From an uncultured Flavobacteriales bacterium (lineage in GTDB: Bacteria; Bacteroidota; Bacteroidia; Flavobacteriales_F; PHOS-HE28), in contig CAWFCK010000017.1 of assembly GCA_963814325.1 (NCBI GenBank), positions 140,021 through 204,020 on the forward strand: DNA of 64,000 nucleotides, read 5' to 3'. Under the pieces are notes generated by a model. It was not told the DNA's origin and made no database searches. It worked only from the letters and a program-made list of their open reading frames with translations. This document shows positions 37,633 to 48,734 of the stretch, one piece after another. Positions within the stretch are counted from its first letter, which is position 1. Each line of letters starts with the position of its first letter. Position numbers and translations under genes: made by a program.

Positions 37633-38697
37633 CTATCGGACGTGTATCATCGCAGCGGAGGCTGCGCGCGGAACCAGCTTTCCGATGGAGATCATCGGCG
37701 TGGAATGCGCATCCAGTATGGACTTCAGTTCATTCATTCCGTTCGGCGCACAGGCGATCAACAGGCCCCCGCTTGTTTGCGGGTCGCTGAGGAACATCAT
37801 GCGCTCCATATCCGAGGCCCCGCTGATGCGCTCGCCATAGCTTTTCCAATTGCGGAAGGAACCGTCCGGGTAGCAACCTTCGGCGAGGTAGGTGCGCGCT
37901 TCGGGGATCATGGGGATCGAACCGCCCTCCAATTCGGCATCCAGCCCGCTGCCCTTGCACATTTCGAGCAAATGCCCACCAAGGCCGAATCCGGTGACAT
38001 CGGTCAACGCGTGCACTGCGGGCAATTGCCCCAATGCGGTCCCCACCTTGTTCGCCACGATCATCAGGTCCCGTCCGATGTGCTGATGTTGGGCGCGCAA
38101 TTTCCCGCGCTTCATGGCCGTGGCCAGCAGTCCAAGGCCGATCGGTTTGGTCAGGAAGAGCACATCTCCTGCCTGGGCGGTGTCGTTGCGCTTCAGATGT
38201 TCGATGGCCACTTCGCCGGTAACGGCCAGGCCGAAGAAGGGCTCCGGGGCATCGATGCTATGACCACCGGCGAGCGCGATGCCAGCATCGTGGCAGGCCT
38301 GCCGGCCGCCCTCCACCACACGCGCGGCCAGTTCGGGCGGCAGCTTGTCAACGGGCCAGCCCAATACGGCGAGCGCGAGCAACGGCCTGCCGCCCATGGC
38401 GTATACGTCGCTCAATGCATTGGTCGCGGCGATGCGCCCGAAGTCGAACGCATCGTCCACGATGGGGGAGAAGAAGTCCGTGGTGCTGATCAGACAGCGT
38501 CCCAGACCGAGGTCGTACACCGCAGCATCATCGCGACTTCCGTAGCCTACCAGCAAACGGGGATCGGGCAGGGTGCCCAGGTCGCTCTTCAAAATGGTCT
38601 CGAGTACGGCCGGCGCGATCTTGCAGCCGCACCCGGCACCATGGCTGTATTGCGTGAGGCGGATCGGACCTTCAGCGGGGGGCGGTGGCAGCGACAT
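37633..38697 (-). CDS. selD: Selenide, water dikinase (selenophosphate synthetase), Cys-type
   Basis: N-terminal LTQYSHGAGCGCKIAP (Cys at the Sec/Cys position), plus DDAAVY, TTDFFSPIVDD and DVYAMGG; PurM-like fold. Its start lies 26 nt inside the selU 3' end. Confidence 0.92.
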   Translation of the reverse strand: MSLPPPPAEGPIRLTQYSHGAGCGCKIAPAVLETILKSDLGTLPDPRLLVGYGSRDDAAVYDLGLGRCLISTTDFFSPIVDDAFDFGRIAATNALSDVYAMGGRPLLALAVLGWPVDKLPPELAARVVEGGRQACHDAGIALAGGHSIDAPEPFFGLAVTGEVAIEHLKRNDTAQAGDVLFLTKPIGLGLLATAMKRGKLRAQHQHIGRDLMIVANKVGTALGQLPAVHALTDVTGFGLGGHLLEMCKGSGLDAELEGGSIPMIPEARTYLAEGCYPDGSFRNWKSYGERISGASDMERMMFLSDPQTSGGLLIACAPNGMNELKSILDAHSTPMISIGKLVPRAASAAMIHVR

Positions 38698-39704
38698 GGT
38701 CTTTGAGGCGTTGTGCGAGGCCGCGAAGGTCGGTGGCGCTGGCCGGTATTTTCAGCACGTTCCGCGGATCACGTTTTTCGGCACCGTGCAAATAGGCCTT
38801 ATCGTAGTAGCGCAGGGTGATCAAGGCCACCGTGCGCAGATCCCCGGCCTCCAGCGCTTCGAGCGCCGCTTTGCAGTGTTGCGGCCCGAGCCGTTTTTCA
38901 ATGCGCTTGGTGGCCTCGGCCAGTTGTTCCTTCGGGTAGCGTCCGTAATCCACGACCAACCGATCGGCCCGTTCCTCTATGGGCATGTCCGCGAAGTAGA
39001 GCGTGGCCGATCGCATGGCGGCGAAGAAGATCATCAGGAATGCGGGTGCGACCGATCAACAGGCTCTCATCCTCCAACCAGAGCACGCGGGTGTGATCGA
39101 TGCGCTGGAGTTCGGCCCAGAGCAGGTTCTCGAAGTGTTCGGTGGTGGGTTGCGGCAATTCGCCGATGGCACCGAAGGAGGATCCCTTGTGATGTGCGAG
39201 GGCTTCGAGGTCGATGACCTGTTCATCCAAGGCGCGTAAGTGCGCCAGCGTTTCCGTCTTGCCCGTGCCCGTGTAACCGCCAAGGATCGCCAGGGGTGGC
39301 GGATGTAAGAAGGTCTGCAGCACATGATGGCGAAAGGCCTTGTACCCATGTTTCAGGGTGCTCACCTCGGCAAATCCCGACCTGTCCAACAGCCAGGCCA
39401 CGCTGCCACTGCGTTCGCCGCCGCGCCAGCAGTGCACGCGGATACGGCCTTGCGGCGCAATGGCGATAGCCTGCTCCACGAGCGGCGCCATCTTCGGCCC
39501 CACGATCCGCAAGCCTTCCAGCACGGCCGCATCGCGACCTTGTTGTTTGTACAGGGTGCCAACGATCGCGCGCTCGTCATCGGTGAAGAGCGGGAGGCTC
39601 TTCGCACCCGGGATATGCCCGCGCGCGAATTCACCCGGCGACCGCACGTCGATGATGGGCGCGGCGGTGTTCAGGAAGTCCTCGATGGCCAGCTGGCGGA
39701 GCAT
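38672..39704 (-). pseudogene. selU: tRNA 2-selenouridine synthase (SelU/MnmH), frame interrupted once (possibly an assembly error)
   Basis: ORFs 38898-39704 and 38672-39034 join near 39040 (..ESLLIGRTRIP|LMIFFAAMRSATLYFADMPIEER..). Rhodanese part IIDVRSPGEFARGHIPGAKSLPLF and VHCWRGGERSG; P-loop GGYTGTGKT. Confidence 0.85.
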
Positions 39705-39749
39705 GGGCCAAAAGTAGACCTGTTCGAAGCGTGCCGCCGTGGACGCCGT

Positions 39750-41708
39750 TCAGCCCTTCACTAGGACCAACGCGATCTTGTTGAAGTCGGCCGCTGCATT
39801 CACTACCGTGCGGTAACCCTCGTACTGTTCCAACGGCACCTGACAGCGGCGGTAGTATTCCTCGATGCGCACCTTCAGCACGTTGCCTTCCTGGGTGGCC
39901 GTGCACGTGAAGGAGAGCTCGCGCTTGCCGTCCATATCCAGGTGTTTGTCGATGGTGAGGTCGCTGAGGTTCTGCACGGTGTAGCCGGCCGGCAGCACCA
40001 CATCAATGGAGCGGTTGAACCGGCGGTTGTATTCGTCGTCCACCGGCAGTTTGCGCGGTTTCTCGGAGTACATCTCCACTTGTGGCCCAATGAGCTCCCC
40101 GATCTTGAAGAGCACCTTTTCGCCCGCGCTACCGCTGAATTTGCGTGTCTCTACGCGGCCTTTGATGATGAGGGGTTTCACACCGAAGTATTTGCCCTCA
40201 CCGTTCTCCACGGTGAGTTCCTTCACATCGCCGTTCTCCACGAGGTAGGTCACGTACTGGTTGGTGATCTCCGTCTTCTTGTCCTCGTCCAGAAAGGGAT
40301 AGAAGCATTGCAGCGGGGCGTAGTAACCGGTGAGCTGGTTCTCGAAGGTGAGGTCGCAATTGCCCGGGTCGGCGCTGAGGTCGGCGGTGATGATGTGGTC
40401 GTGTATCGTGGCCACATCAGGCAGCGCTTCGATGAACTTCACACTGCCCACGCCGGTGAGCGCACCGCCCACATCGAAGTTGCGGATGAAGAGGCCATGA
40501 TTGTTCATGTTCTCCGCTGGGAGGTAGCCCAGGCGCAGCCCCTGCTGGCTGGGGGCCATGTACTTGTTCACCGATGGCAGAAAGATGCCAACATCGTGCA
40601 GGAACTGGAAGCTCTCGAATTCGGGGTCGAAGGGCAGCACGGTGCGGTCACTTGTCACCACGAGCTGGTAATCGATACCCAGTTCGCGCAAGCAGGCACA
40701 GGTGAGGGCCACCATGCCCATTTCGTTGGCGGCCTTGTTCTTCAGGATGGTCTCGATCTTGGTGAGCTCAGGTGCCGACACCTCGATCACCTGGTAGTTG
40801 GTCTTCAGATGGTCCTCCAAGGCCCTGATCTTCTCTTCGTCGTTGGGGAGCTTGGCAAGGCCCAGCTTCTTCACCATCGCCGCGATCTCCTTTTGTTGTT
40901 TGCTTTCGATCGTCTGGTGCACCATTCCATGATACAATTTCGTGGCGTTCAGATAGGAGCTGAAGCCCTTGATGCTGCGGTCCGGAATGCGGTCCAGCTT
41001 GTAGGCTACGCGCAAGCTCGCCGCCGCCATGTTGGCACTTTCCTCCTTTTCGATCGCCGGCACGTTGTGCAGTTCCCATCGCTGGTGTTGCACGCTGGTG
41101 TCGCTGGTGTCGTTCACGGCGGGTGGAACCCCAGGATAGTTCTTGCTGGCATAGACGAGGCGGGCCGGATTGATCAGGTGCAGTTCCTCGTTCACGATGG
41201 GGACACCCACCTGCAATTGTTCTCCATCGCCACGGAGGTTCGGACGTTTCTTCAGCACATAGAAGAAGTCGATGATGCTGCCGGGCACCAGGCCTTCAAA
41301 GGCGAAGTAGAGGTAGCTGCCCGATCCATCCTCATCCGTGGCGCGCTTGAACGCGTCCTTCTCCAATTCCTGGACCCGCCCATCAGGCGCGATGCTCCGG
41401 GCCTTCACCTTCACCACATCGACCACGCTGTTGAGGCCCACGTGCACTTTGTTCTCCGCCTCGATGGAACCTTCATCGCGCAACAGCACGGTGTGATGCA
41501 TGAGGTAGTATTCGAAGGCCTCGTCGCCTTCCTCCTCGATATCGGTGATCACCGTTCGTTGCAACAGTACGGTGGGTTCCTTGAAAGCACCGGCCATTGC
41601 CGCTGTGGGCAGCACAGCACTGAAGTCGTGGTCCCTTACCAGCGCATGCTGCGCAGAAAGGGGGGCGAGGGCCAGCAGTGCGAGGCCAGCGAGGAGGGTC
41701 CGTGTCAT
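39750..41708 (-). CDS. DUF3857/DUF3858 protein with a degenerate (catalytically dead) transglutaminase-like core
   Basis: ORF 39750-41777. ATG 41708 (MTRTLLAGLALLALAPLSAQ) overlaps the upstream stop as ATGA. It has the same architecture as 41705-43654, but the core reads AANEMGMVAL (Glu at 40722-40724 where the paralog has Cys) and YMAPS where the paralog has LMDPT. Confidence 0.75.
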   Translation of the reverse strand: MTRTLLAGLALLALAPLSAQHALVRDHDFSAVLPTAAMAGAFKEPTVLLQRTVITDIEEEGDEAFEYYLMHHTVLLRDEGSIEAENKVHVGLNSVVDVVKVKARSIAPDGRVQELEKDAFKRATDEDGSGSYLYFAFEGLVPGSIIDFFYVLKKRPNLRGDGEQLQVGVPIVNEELHLINPARLVYASKNYPGVPPAVNDTSDTSVQHQRWELHNVPAIEKEESANMAAASLRVAYKLDRIPDRSIKGFSSYLNATKLYHGMVHQTIESKQQKEIAAMVKKLGLAKLPNDEEKIRALEDHLKTNYQVIEVSAPELTKIETILKNKAANEMGMVALTCACLRELGIDYQLVVTSDRTVLPFDPEFESFQFLHDVGIFLPSVNKYMAPSQQGLRLGYLPAENMNNHGLFIRNFDVGGALTGVGSVKFIEALPDVATIHDHIITADLSADPGNCDLTFENQLTGYYAPLQCFYPFLDEDKKTEITNQYVTYLVENGDVKELTVENGEGKYFGVKPLIIKGRVETRKFSGSAGEKVLFKIGELIGPQVEMYSEKPRKLPVDDEYNRRFNRSIDVVLPAGYTVQNLSDLTIDKHLDMDGKRELSFTCTATQEGNVLKVRIEEYYRRCQVPLEQYEGYRTVVNAAADFNKIALVLVKG

Positions 41709-43654
41709 GGTGTGGTGGTCTTGAGGACGATGGTCTTGTTGCGGTCGCGTTCCAGGGAGTCCATCATGGCGCGCCACTGGACCAGGTCGTTGAGGTCCAT
41801 CATCAGCTTGTTCATGTGGTATCTGTTGTTCAATCTCACTTGAGCGGGACGATCGGCGGTGGCGGGTGTGGAGGTGCAGTTCAGGCTGAAGCCGTGCGCT
41901 GCGTTCTCATACGCTCCGGTAGCTGGCACCGAGCCGATGGCCAGCCCGGGTGGAAGGTCGATCGTGACCACTTCCTCATAGGTCCATAGGTAGTCCTCTT
42001 CCACGGGCAGCTTGCGGTCCTTGCGGTAGAAGCGGTCGCCGAAAGGCCGTTCAAGGGTCCGGTTGAAGTACACTTCGTCCCCGATCTTATTGAGGAAGCC
42101 GGGGAGGGTGAAGGCATAGTGCACCACCAGGGGCCCGCTCCGGTCCGTCAACCCATCGACCCATACACTGTCCACCTGGAAGCGGTTGTTGGATTTCATA
42201 TGCATGCCGCGGAGCACATCCTTCCACTTGGACTTTTCGACGTTCTTCAGGACATCGGACATGCGGGCACGCTGGTACCCGGTGAAGGTCCAGTTACCGT
42301 TTCCGCGCAGCGTGTTCTGATCCAACGTGGCGTACACGGAGTCCACACCATCGTTCTGCTCCGCCGGGATCACAGGTACGTCCATCACGCGGAAGTGTTC
42401 GGAGTCGATGCCGATGAGCGCTTGTTTGCCCTGGATGAATGCGCTGGGCATCCCGAAGGGAGTTTCGTTGCTGGTGGGGTCCATCAGCAGGAATCCATCG
42501 CCCTCCGCGAGTGCGGTGATCATGTGGTCATCGGCGATCGGGGAAGGCAGATCATCGTATTTGTACGGCAGGGCGCGCGAGCCCACCCACACCAGGTGCG
42601 CTTTCAACCCGGCGTTCACCAGCAATGAGCGGAGCAGGTTGGCCATGCCCTTGCAGTCGCCGTAGCGCGCCTGGCATACCGTGGTGGGTTTCGCCGGGAT
42701 CAGGCCGTTCATGCCATCCTCGATGGCCACGTACTTGATGTTGTCCTGCACCCAAGTGTACAAGCGTTCGGCCTTTGCACGCGGGTCGGTGATGCCTGCG
42801 GTCTGTTCGCGCGCAATGCGCTGCACCGTGGTATCGTCGTCCAACATCACTTCGCTGGTGTGCACCGAGTTCCAGGCATACATGCGCTCCATATCGGTGC
42901 CGCCCTTCTCACCGGGCTTGCGCACCATCAACTGCAGATGGGGCAGATAGTAGCGGATGTTGGGCGCCTCGTCCTCGAACTGCATGGCGTCCACATCGGT
43001 CATGGTCCATCGCTGTACGACTTGTCCGTGCTCCGTGGTGCGCTCATGCTTCACGGCACCCTCGGGTATGTGGAAGAGGCTGGCGACCACATCGATGTCC
43101 TTGTCGGCGATCACGGTGATGGTGCTCTGCTCCACAGGGTCCACCGAAGCGAAATAGTGGCCGGTGATCATCCGCGCATCGGGGTAGGAGAGTGTATAGT
43201 CGATATGCGTGATGGCTCCCTTGGCCATGCCGGGGAAGAGGAACTGCACGTTGCGGCTGTCATCATGAAAGATGCGCTGGCCGACCTCATCACGGTGCGT
43301 GAAGTCGGTCACGGTGACCTTCTTGTAGCCCTTCTCCCTGGGCACCATCGTCCACGCGTTGATCTTATCGAGCGGCACCAGTTTGCTGTAGCCCACTTCT
43401 TCAACGTCGCCCTGGCTGGCCGGTGCTTTCAGGGCGAGCCGTTCCTGTTCCACGGAGCGCGAGGCCACAATGCCTTCAGCTGTGCGCTTGATGCGGATCG
43501 TGGTGTTCAGCTTGATGTACACGCCGGCCTGGTCCTTGTAGTGCTGGCCGTACTTGTCGAGCATTTCCTGCGGCTCCTGTGCGGCAAGCCCGATGCTCAC
43601 CATGCAGGTGAGCAGCAGCGCGTAGGGACGAGGTGTGTGGTCCATGATGTTCAA
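41705..43654 (-). CDS. DUF3857 / transglutaminase-like cysteine protease-fold / DUF3858 protein
   Basis: 649 aa with a signal-anchor N-terminus. The transglutaminase core is ARYGDCKGMANLL (Cys codon 42653-42655), DDHMITAL and LLMDPTS. Its start overlaps the upstream stop as ATGA (43651-43654). Confidence 0.8.
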   Translation of the reverse strand: MNIMDHTPRPYALLLTCMVSIGLAAQEPQEMLDKYGQHYKDQAGVYIKLNTTIRIKRTAEGIVASRSVEQERLALKAPASQGDVEEVGYSKLVPLDKINAWTMVPREKGYKKVTVTDFTHRDEVGQRIFHDDSRNVQFLFPGMAKGAITHIDYTLSYPDARMITGHYFASVDPVEQSTITVIADKDIDVVASLFHIPEGAVKHERTTEHGQVVQRWTMTDVDAMQFEDEAPNIRYYLPHLQLMVRKPGEKGGTDMERMYAWNSVHTSEVMLDDDTTVQRIAREQTAGITDPRAKAERLYTWVQDNIKYVAIEDGMNGLIPAKPTTVCQARYGDCKGMANLLRSLLVNAGLKAHLVWVGSRALPYKYDDLPSPIADDHMITALAEGDGFLLMDPTSNETPFGMPSAFIQGKQALIGIDSEHFRVMDVPVIPAEQNDGVDSVYATLDQNTLRGNGNWTFTGYQRARMSDVLKNVEKSKWKDVLRGMHMKSNNRFQVDSVWVDGLTDRSGPLVVHYAFTLPGFLNKIGDEVYFNRTLERPFGDRFYRKDRKLPVEEDYLWTYEEVVTIDLPPGLAIGSVPATGAYENAAHGFSLNCTSTPATADRPAQVRLNNRYHMNKLMMDLNDLVQWRAMMDSLERDRNKTIVLKTTTP

Positions 43655-46600
43655 GGTTTGCGCATTTCCTGCGCTCGGCCTGAGCGGTACTGGAGCACCA
43701 GAACGGCCTTGCCGGTGCGATCGTACAAGGTGCGTTCCCCGTTCAATTCGCCTTCCTTCCAGAAGCTGCGGTCCATCACCTGGCCATTGTCCCAGTATTC
43801 GAGCTGTTCGCCCTCGCGCTCATCGTTCTTCCAGTTCGAGACGCTCGCAGGCTTGCCATCGACGAAGTATTCGGTCTGTTTACCGTTGCGCTGGCCGCCC
43901 ACATACACGCTTTCCTCCAGCACCTTGCCATTGGGCAGGTATTCCTTGTACACCCCGTCGATGTCGTCGTTGCGGTAGTCCATTTCGCGGCTCGGTGCGC
44001 CGTTGGTGTATTTGGGGCGCAGTTTCTGAACGCCCTCACTTAGGGGAATGGTATCCACAAGCTTGCCGTCCGGCCCGTTGAAACTGTATCCGGTCATTCG
44101 GCCATCGCTATAGAAGCGCACGAGCTGCAGTTCGCCACCGGGCTCATAGCTGCGTGTGGCACCATGGTTCTCGCCGAAGCGGCGCTCGCGGTCGATGGCG
44201 ATCTTGCCGTTCGCGAAATACAACTTGTAGCCCGTGCTCATGCCGTCCGCATAGGTCTCCTCGCTTTCCAGCTTTCCATCGAGGGTGTAGATCTTGCTGG
44301 TGCCGGTCATGTTGCCCATGTCATAGGTCCGCTCCCACCGAAGCTTGCCATTGGGATGCCAGGTCTTCCACGTGCCGTTCTCCTCATCGTTCACATACTG
44401 GGCCTCGAACTCCTTGGAGCCATCGGGGTAGAAGTGGGTGGAGTTGCCGTGTCGCACCCCGTTCACATACTGCGTGCGTGCGGCCACCTTGCCGTTCTCA
44501 TACTTGGTTTCGAGTAAGAATGGACCCGTGCCCATGTGGGTGCGGTTGAATTCCTTGCCCATGCGGTCGTACTGGACCAGTTCGCGCAGCACACCTCCCT
44601 GCACGAGCTCTTCGGTGCGCAGCACACCGTCCTCGTCGAAGTACTGCTGCCACCCGCTCAATTTGCCATTGACGAAGTATTCGTGCTCGGATGGTTTTCC
44701 ATTGGAGTGGAACTGCCACTGTTCGCCACTGACATGTTCATCCACCATATATCCCTGGGTCACGATGGACTCCATCCATGCGTTTCTCCGTGTACGGCCC
44801 GGTCTCGCCTTTTCCGGGGATGTAGCGGAACTCCGTGGAAAGGGCGCCATTGAGGTGGAAGTTGCGCTGGGTACCGTCCAGGGCGCCGGCCTTGAGGTTC
44901 TCCTCGCTCTTCACCGTGCCATCCGGATAGTACCAGGTCCAGCGTCCGTCCTTGGCGCCTTCGTCCAAGTAGGTGCCTTCCATGCGCTTGGTACCGTCCG
45001 GAGTGTAACCCACGAATTGGAAACGCCCCTTGGCCCGCTTGGCCTCGGAGAGCACCTTCCCACTGCGATCGAAGTAGCGGTACCGGATCAGCAGTCCGTT
45101 CTTGTATTCGAGCTCCGTTTGCAGCACACCCTCGTTGGTGTAGTCCTTTCGAACACCTTCCACGCGGCCATCCTGGTCGTAGTTCTCTTCGCTGCTCAGG
45201 TTGCCATTGATGTGCCACGTGGTGCGCTTGCCCACGTAATTGCCCTTGGCGTAGGTGCCCTCGGAGCGCTTCTGGCCGTTGATGTACCAGTCGGTGTACG
45301 GCCCGTTCCGCACGCCTTCGATGTAGGTGATGCTCGATTCGTTCTTCCCATTGTGGTAAAGGTCGAGGATCACGCCATCGCGCATGTTGTCCTTGAATTC
45401 ACCGCTGAAGGAGGGCTTTCCATCGGGGTACATGCCCTGGATGTGGCCGTTGGCCTTGTCCAACTTGAGTTGGGTGTCGTACTCCTTGGTGCCACAACTG
45501 TGGAACACGGAGGCCGGTCCGGTGATGTCTCCACCCACGCACGTCTTCCGCGTAAGCAGTGCACCCGTGTTCGCGAATTCAGCGTAGAGCCCTTCCGCCT
45601 TGCCGTTCTTCACGTAGGCACTGTCCTTCATCGCCCCATTGCGGTACCATGAGCGGTGCAGGCCGTTCTGTACCCCCGCGGTCCAATCCTGGATGCGCTG
45701 CACCTTGCCATTGTCGTAATAGATGGTCCACGTGCCGGTCTGTTTGTGGTCGGCATCGAACTCACCACGGGAGGAAACGGCCCCATTGTCGTGGTAGAAC
45801 ATCCATTGTCCCGTGTGCTCATCCTTGTTGATGTCGCCCGGGCCCTGGCCTTGCATGTTGTTGTCCTCGTTCCAGGCATGGTACACTGGCTGTACGGTGT
45901 TACCCAAGCTGTCCGGGAAGGTGGAGTAGAACTCCGTTATCCAGGGAAAGAGCTTGGCGCGGAAAGCTTCCACCTGGCTTTTCTTCTTCACGGAGATCGC
46001 ACGCACCTTGGCATCCTTGCTGCTTCCCAGGCAGTGGTAAACAAAGCCTTCGAAGTTGCCGTCGTCCATGAGGCGAGTGAACATGGGCATGTAGTAGGTG
46101 GACCAGAATCCGGTGCCCTTGGGCATGGTCCTCAGTTGGGTCAGCAACAGGTGGCCCTGGCGCACGAACGGATAGGTCAGGTCGGGCTGCAGCTTATACG
46201 CCTTGTTCATCGCAACGCGATTGGACAGCAGCAGATCGATCTCACTGAAGTCGTCGCCTTTGCGCACATCCACGCCCTTCGGGTTGGACTCCATGTTGCC
46301 GGCCAATACCTCATCGGCATAGCCCAGGGCCTGGTCGCTGCGTTCATCGCCCCAACGCACGAGCATGGCCATGAACAGGGAGAGTGCTGCCTGGCTGGTG
46401 GCTCCTTCCTCTTGCGCCATGGAGGCCAGGCTCAGGTGTATTTCCTGTTGCGTGGGGAAGAGCACGGCGGTCTCCTGCAGGGCTTTCAGGGAACCGGCCA
46501 GATCGCCCTTTTCCTTGATGGTAAGTGCGCGCAGGTGGCGGATCTTGAAGTTGCCAGGGTATCGACGGATCCCATCGTCATAGGTGGCGATGGCGTCATC

Positions 46601-46936
46601 ATAGCGCTTCAGGCCGAACAGCGAAAGCCCTTTGTTGATCAGGAAGCGATGCTGATGCTCGCCGTCCAGTGCCATGCCGGCATCCGAGAGGGGCAGTGCG
46701 TCCGCATGCCTGTCCAGTTTCAACAGCGCAGCCACATGGCGCAGGAGCACCCGCTCGTACGAGGTGTCGCTGCGGTGAACGGTGGCATAGCCGTCGATCG
46801 CACCCGCTGTGTTGTCCGCCTGCTCCAGCTCATAGCCCTTCACCAGCATGTTGTAGCCGTGGTCCATGGGGTGGGTCTCCTGTGCGAAGAGCACCCCTGG
46901 GCTCGCCACGATCATGGCGGAGAGGAAAAGTTGCAT
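43651..46936 (-). pseudogene. Giant TPR plus MORN/YwqK-type repeat protein (about 1095 aa), frame interrupted once (possibly an assembly error)
   Basis: ORFs 44738-47092 and 43651-44850 join at the T3 run 44783-44785 (..GKGETGPYTE|NAWMESIVTQGYMVDEH..). ATG 46936 gives the signal peptide MQLFLSAMIVASPGVLFAQ. An N-terminal TPR region is followed by more than 25 repeats of the G.W..Y..NG....E..Y.NG...G type. Confidence 0.78.
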
Positions 46937-47198
46937 CACGCTCGACCACCGGGAGCGGGAGCAAGCAGATCGAGGTCGCAAGGGTTGCAGCATCATGTCA
47001 GGAGCTGATGGGTTCATGGTAGGTGGAACGCAGCGCGGAAAATGCGGACGCCCGCAAAATGCTTGTAGGAACGCTTGGCGGAGCGGAGGCAATATACTTT
47101 GATCGCCGATCCAGTAAGGCTGATGGAACCGGGGTGAGATCGAAAAATAATCAGTATCGAAAGCGGCCGATCAGCTCCCCTGAATTAACTTCACACGG

Positions 47199-47627
47199 AT
47201 GGATATGGCTGCGAACAAGTTGGAGCATGATGCCCCTTACGTGAATATGCTGGCCGATCCTGCGACCGGGTTGATCATCATCCGGTGGAAGAACTACGCC
47301 GCCAGCGGTACGTATCGCGCTACATTGGATCTGGCCGTGGACTGGATCGAACGCCATAAGCTCAAGTATTTCCTTACGGACCAGCGGCGCCGGGGTCCGA
47401 TCCTGCATGAGGATGAACTGTGGTTGGTGAACGATTGGGCCCCGCGCATGGCCAAAGCCGGCTTGGAGCGCGCTGCCGTCATCCAAAGCCAGGACTACTT
47501 CAATCGGGCTACTGTGAACCGCTTTGTGCAAACCGTTCTGCCAACAGTGTCATACCCCATCGGTAACTTCCAGACCATGGAGGAGGCCATGCATTGGTTG
47601 ACGACCGGCGAAACGGTGGTGGCGTGA
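47199..47627 (+). CDS. Hypothetical protein (SpoIIAA/STAS-like fold suspected)
   Basis: 142-aa clean ORF. The pattern ..IIIRWKNYAASGTYRATLDLAVDWIERHKLKYFLTDQRR..WLVNDWAPRMAKAGLERAAVI.. resembles a Bacteroidota family of STAS-like proteins. This is a weak assignment. Confidence 0.55.
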   Translation: MDMAANKLEHDAPYVNMLADPATGLIIIRWKNYAASGTYRATLDLAVDWIERHKLKYFLTDQRRRGPILHEDELWLVNDWAPRMAKAGLERAAVIQSQDYFNRATVNRFVQTVLPTVSYPIGNFQTMEEAMHWLTTGETVVA

Positions 47628-47672
47628 TCACCGCCACAGGGCTGAAATGGTGGCCCGTGCTATTATCGCAGA

Positions 47673-48192
47673 ATGATGACGCAAACAAAGCTGACCAGCA
47701 TCGGTGCACCGTTCACCGTTTCACGTGTGTTCGAAGCGCCGCGCGAGCTGGTGTGGAAGTGCAACGCTGAACCTGATCGCATGGCTCAGTGGTCGAGCCC
47801 CGAGGGCTTCACCACCGAGGTGAAGCGGATGGAGTTCAGGCCAGGAGGTGTGTACCATTATTGCCAGCGTTCACCCGAGGGCATGGAGATGTGGGGCAAG
47901 TTGACCTACCGCGCCGATCCAGGCGCCGGAGAAGCTGGTATGTATTCAGTCCTTCTCCGATCCGCATGGGGGCATCACCGCGCATCCGCTCAGCGACACA
48001 TGGCCCCGTGAAATGCTGAGCACGGTGACCTTCGAGGACATGGGTGGGGGACGAACGAACATGACGATCACCTGGTCGCCCTTCAATGCAAGCGCCGAGG
48101 AACAGGCTACCTTCGATGCAAGTCACGCCGCCATGGAGCAAGGATGGAAAGGAGCGCTGGACAAGTTGGCATCATACCTGGTCCGCGCATAA
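47673..48192 (+). pseudogene. SRPBCC / AHSA1-domain protein, frame interrupted once (possibly an assembly error)
   Basis: The N-terminal part VSRVFEAPRELVWKCNAEPDRMAQW..FRPGGVYHYCQRSPEGMEMWGKLTY switches at the CC run 47909-47910. It continues as APIQAPEKLVCIQSFSDPHGGITAHPLSDTWPREMLSTVTFEDMGGGRTNMTITW..MEQGWKGALDKLASYLVRA, with the stop at 48190-48192. Confidence 0.75.
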
Positions 48193-48238
48193 GGGGGTGT
48201 GTTGGGACTTTACGTTGGCAGATCCCTTTCACCATCTC

Positions 48239-48700
48239 ATGATCAGCGAACCCCAGGTGATCACCACCACTGCGCGGAACACGGCCGTGATCCACCTGCT
48301 GATCCCGGGACGCGACATGCCGAAGTACATGGATCCGGCGATACAGGAGATCCTGAAAGCGCTTCGTGATCAAGGCACAGCACCAACTGGTCCGATGTTC
48401 TCCTACCATCACCGCCGCCCGTCGGACACCTTCGACTTCGAACTGGGCTTTCCGGTGAACAAGGCCATCACACCAGCTGGCCGTGTGGTCAACGGTGAGC
48501 TGCCCGCAGAGCGCGTGGTGCGCGCCGTATACCAAGGGCCCTACGATGGATTGGCCCAAGCCTGGCCTGCCCTGCGGAAGTGGGTACACGACCAAGGGCA
48601 TGGGGAGATGGGCCGCTTCTGGGAGAGCTACCTGAACAACCCGAACGAGGTGAAAAGTCCGGATGAATACCGCACGGAATTGAACTGGGTGATCAGCTGA
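48239..48700 (+). CDS. GyrI-like small-molecule-binding domain protein
   Basis: ORF 48086-48700. ATG 48239 gives a 153-aa protein with the GyrI-like pattern (..GPMFSYHHRRPSDTFDFELGFPV..VVRAVYQGPYDGLAQAWPALRKWV..GRFWESYLNNPNEV). Confidence 0.7.
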   Translation: MISEPQVITTTARNTAVIHLLIPGRDMPKYMDPAIQEILKALRDQGTAPTGPMFSYHHRRPSDTFDFELGFPVNKAITPAGRVVNGELPAERVVRAVYQGPYDGLAQAWPALRKWVHDQGHGEMGRFWESYLNNPNEVKSPDEYRTELNWVIS

Positions 48701-48734
48701 AGTACTGATCGGATCACGAACAACACACCTGCCC

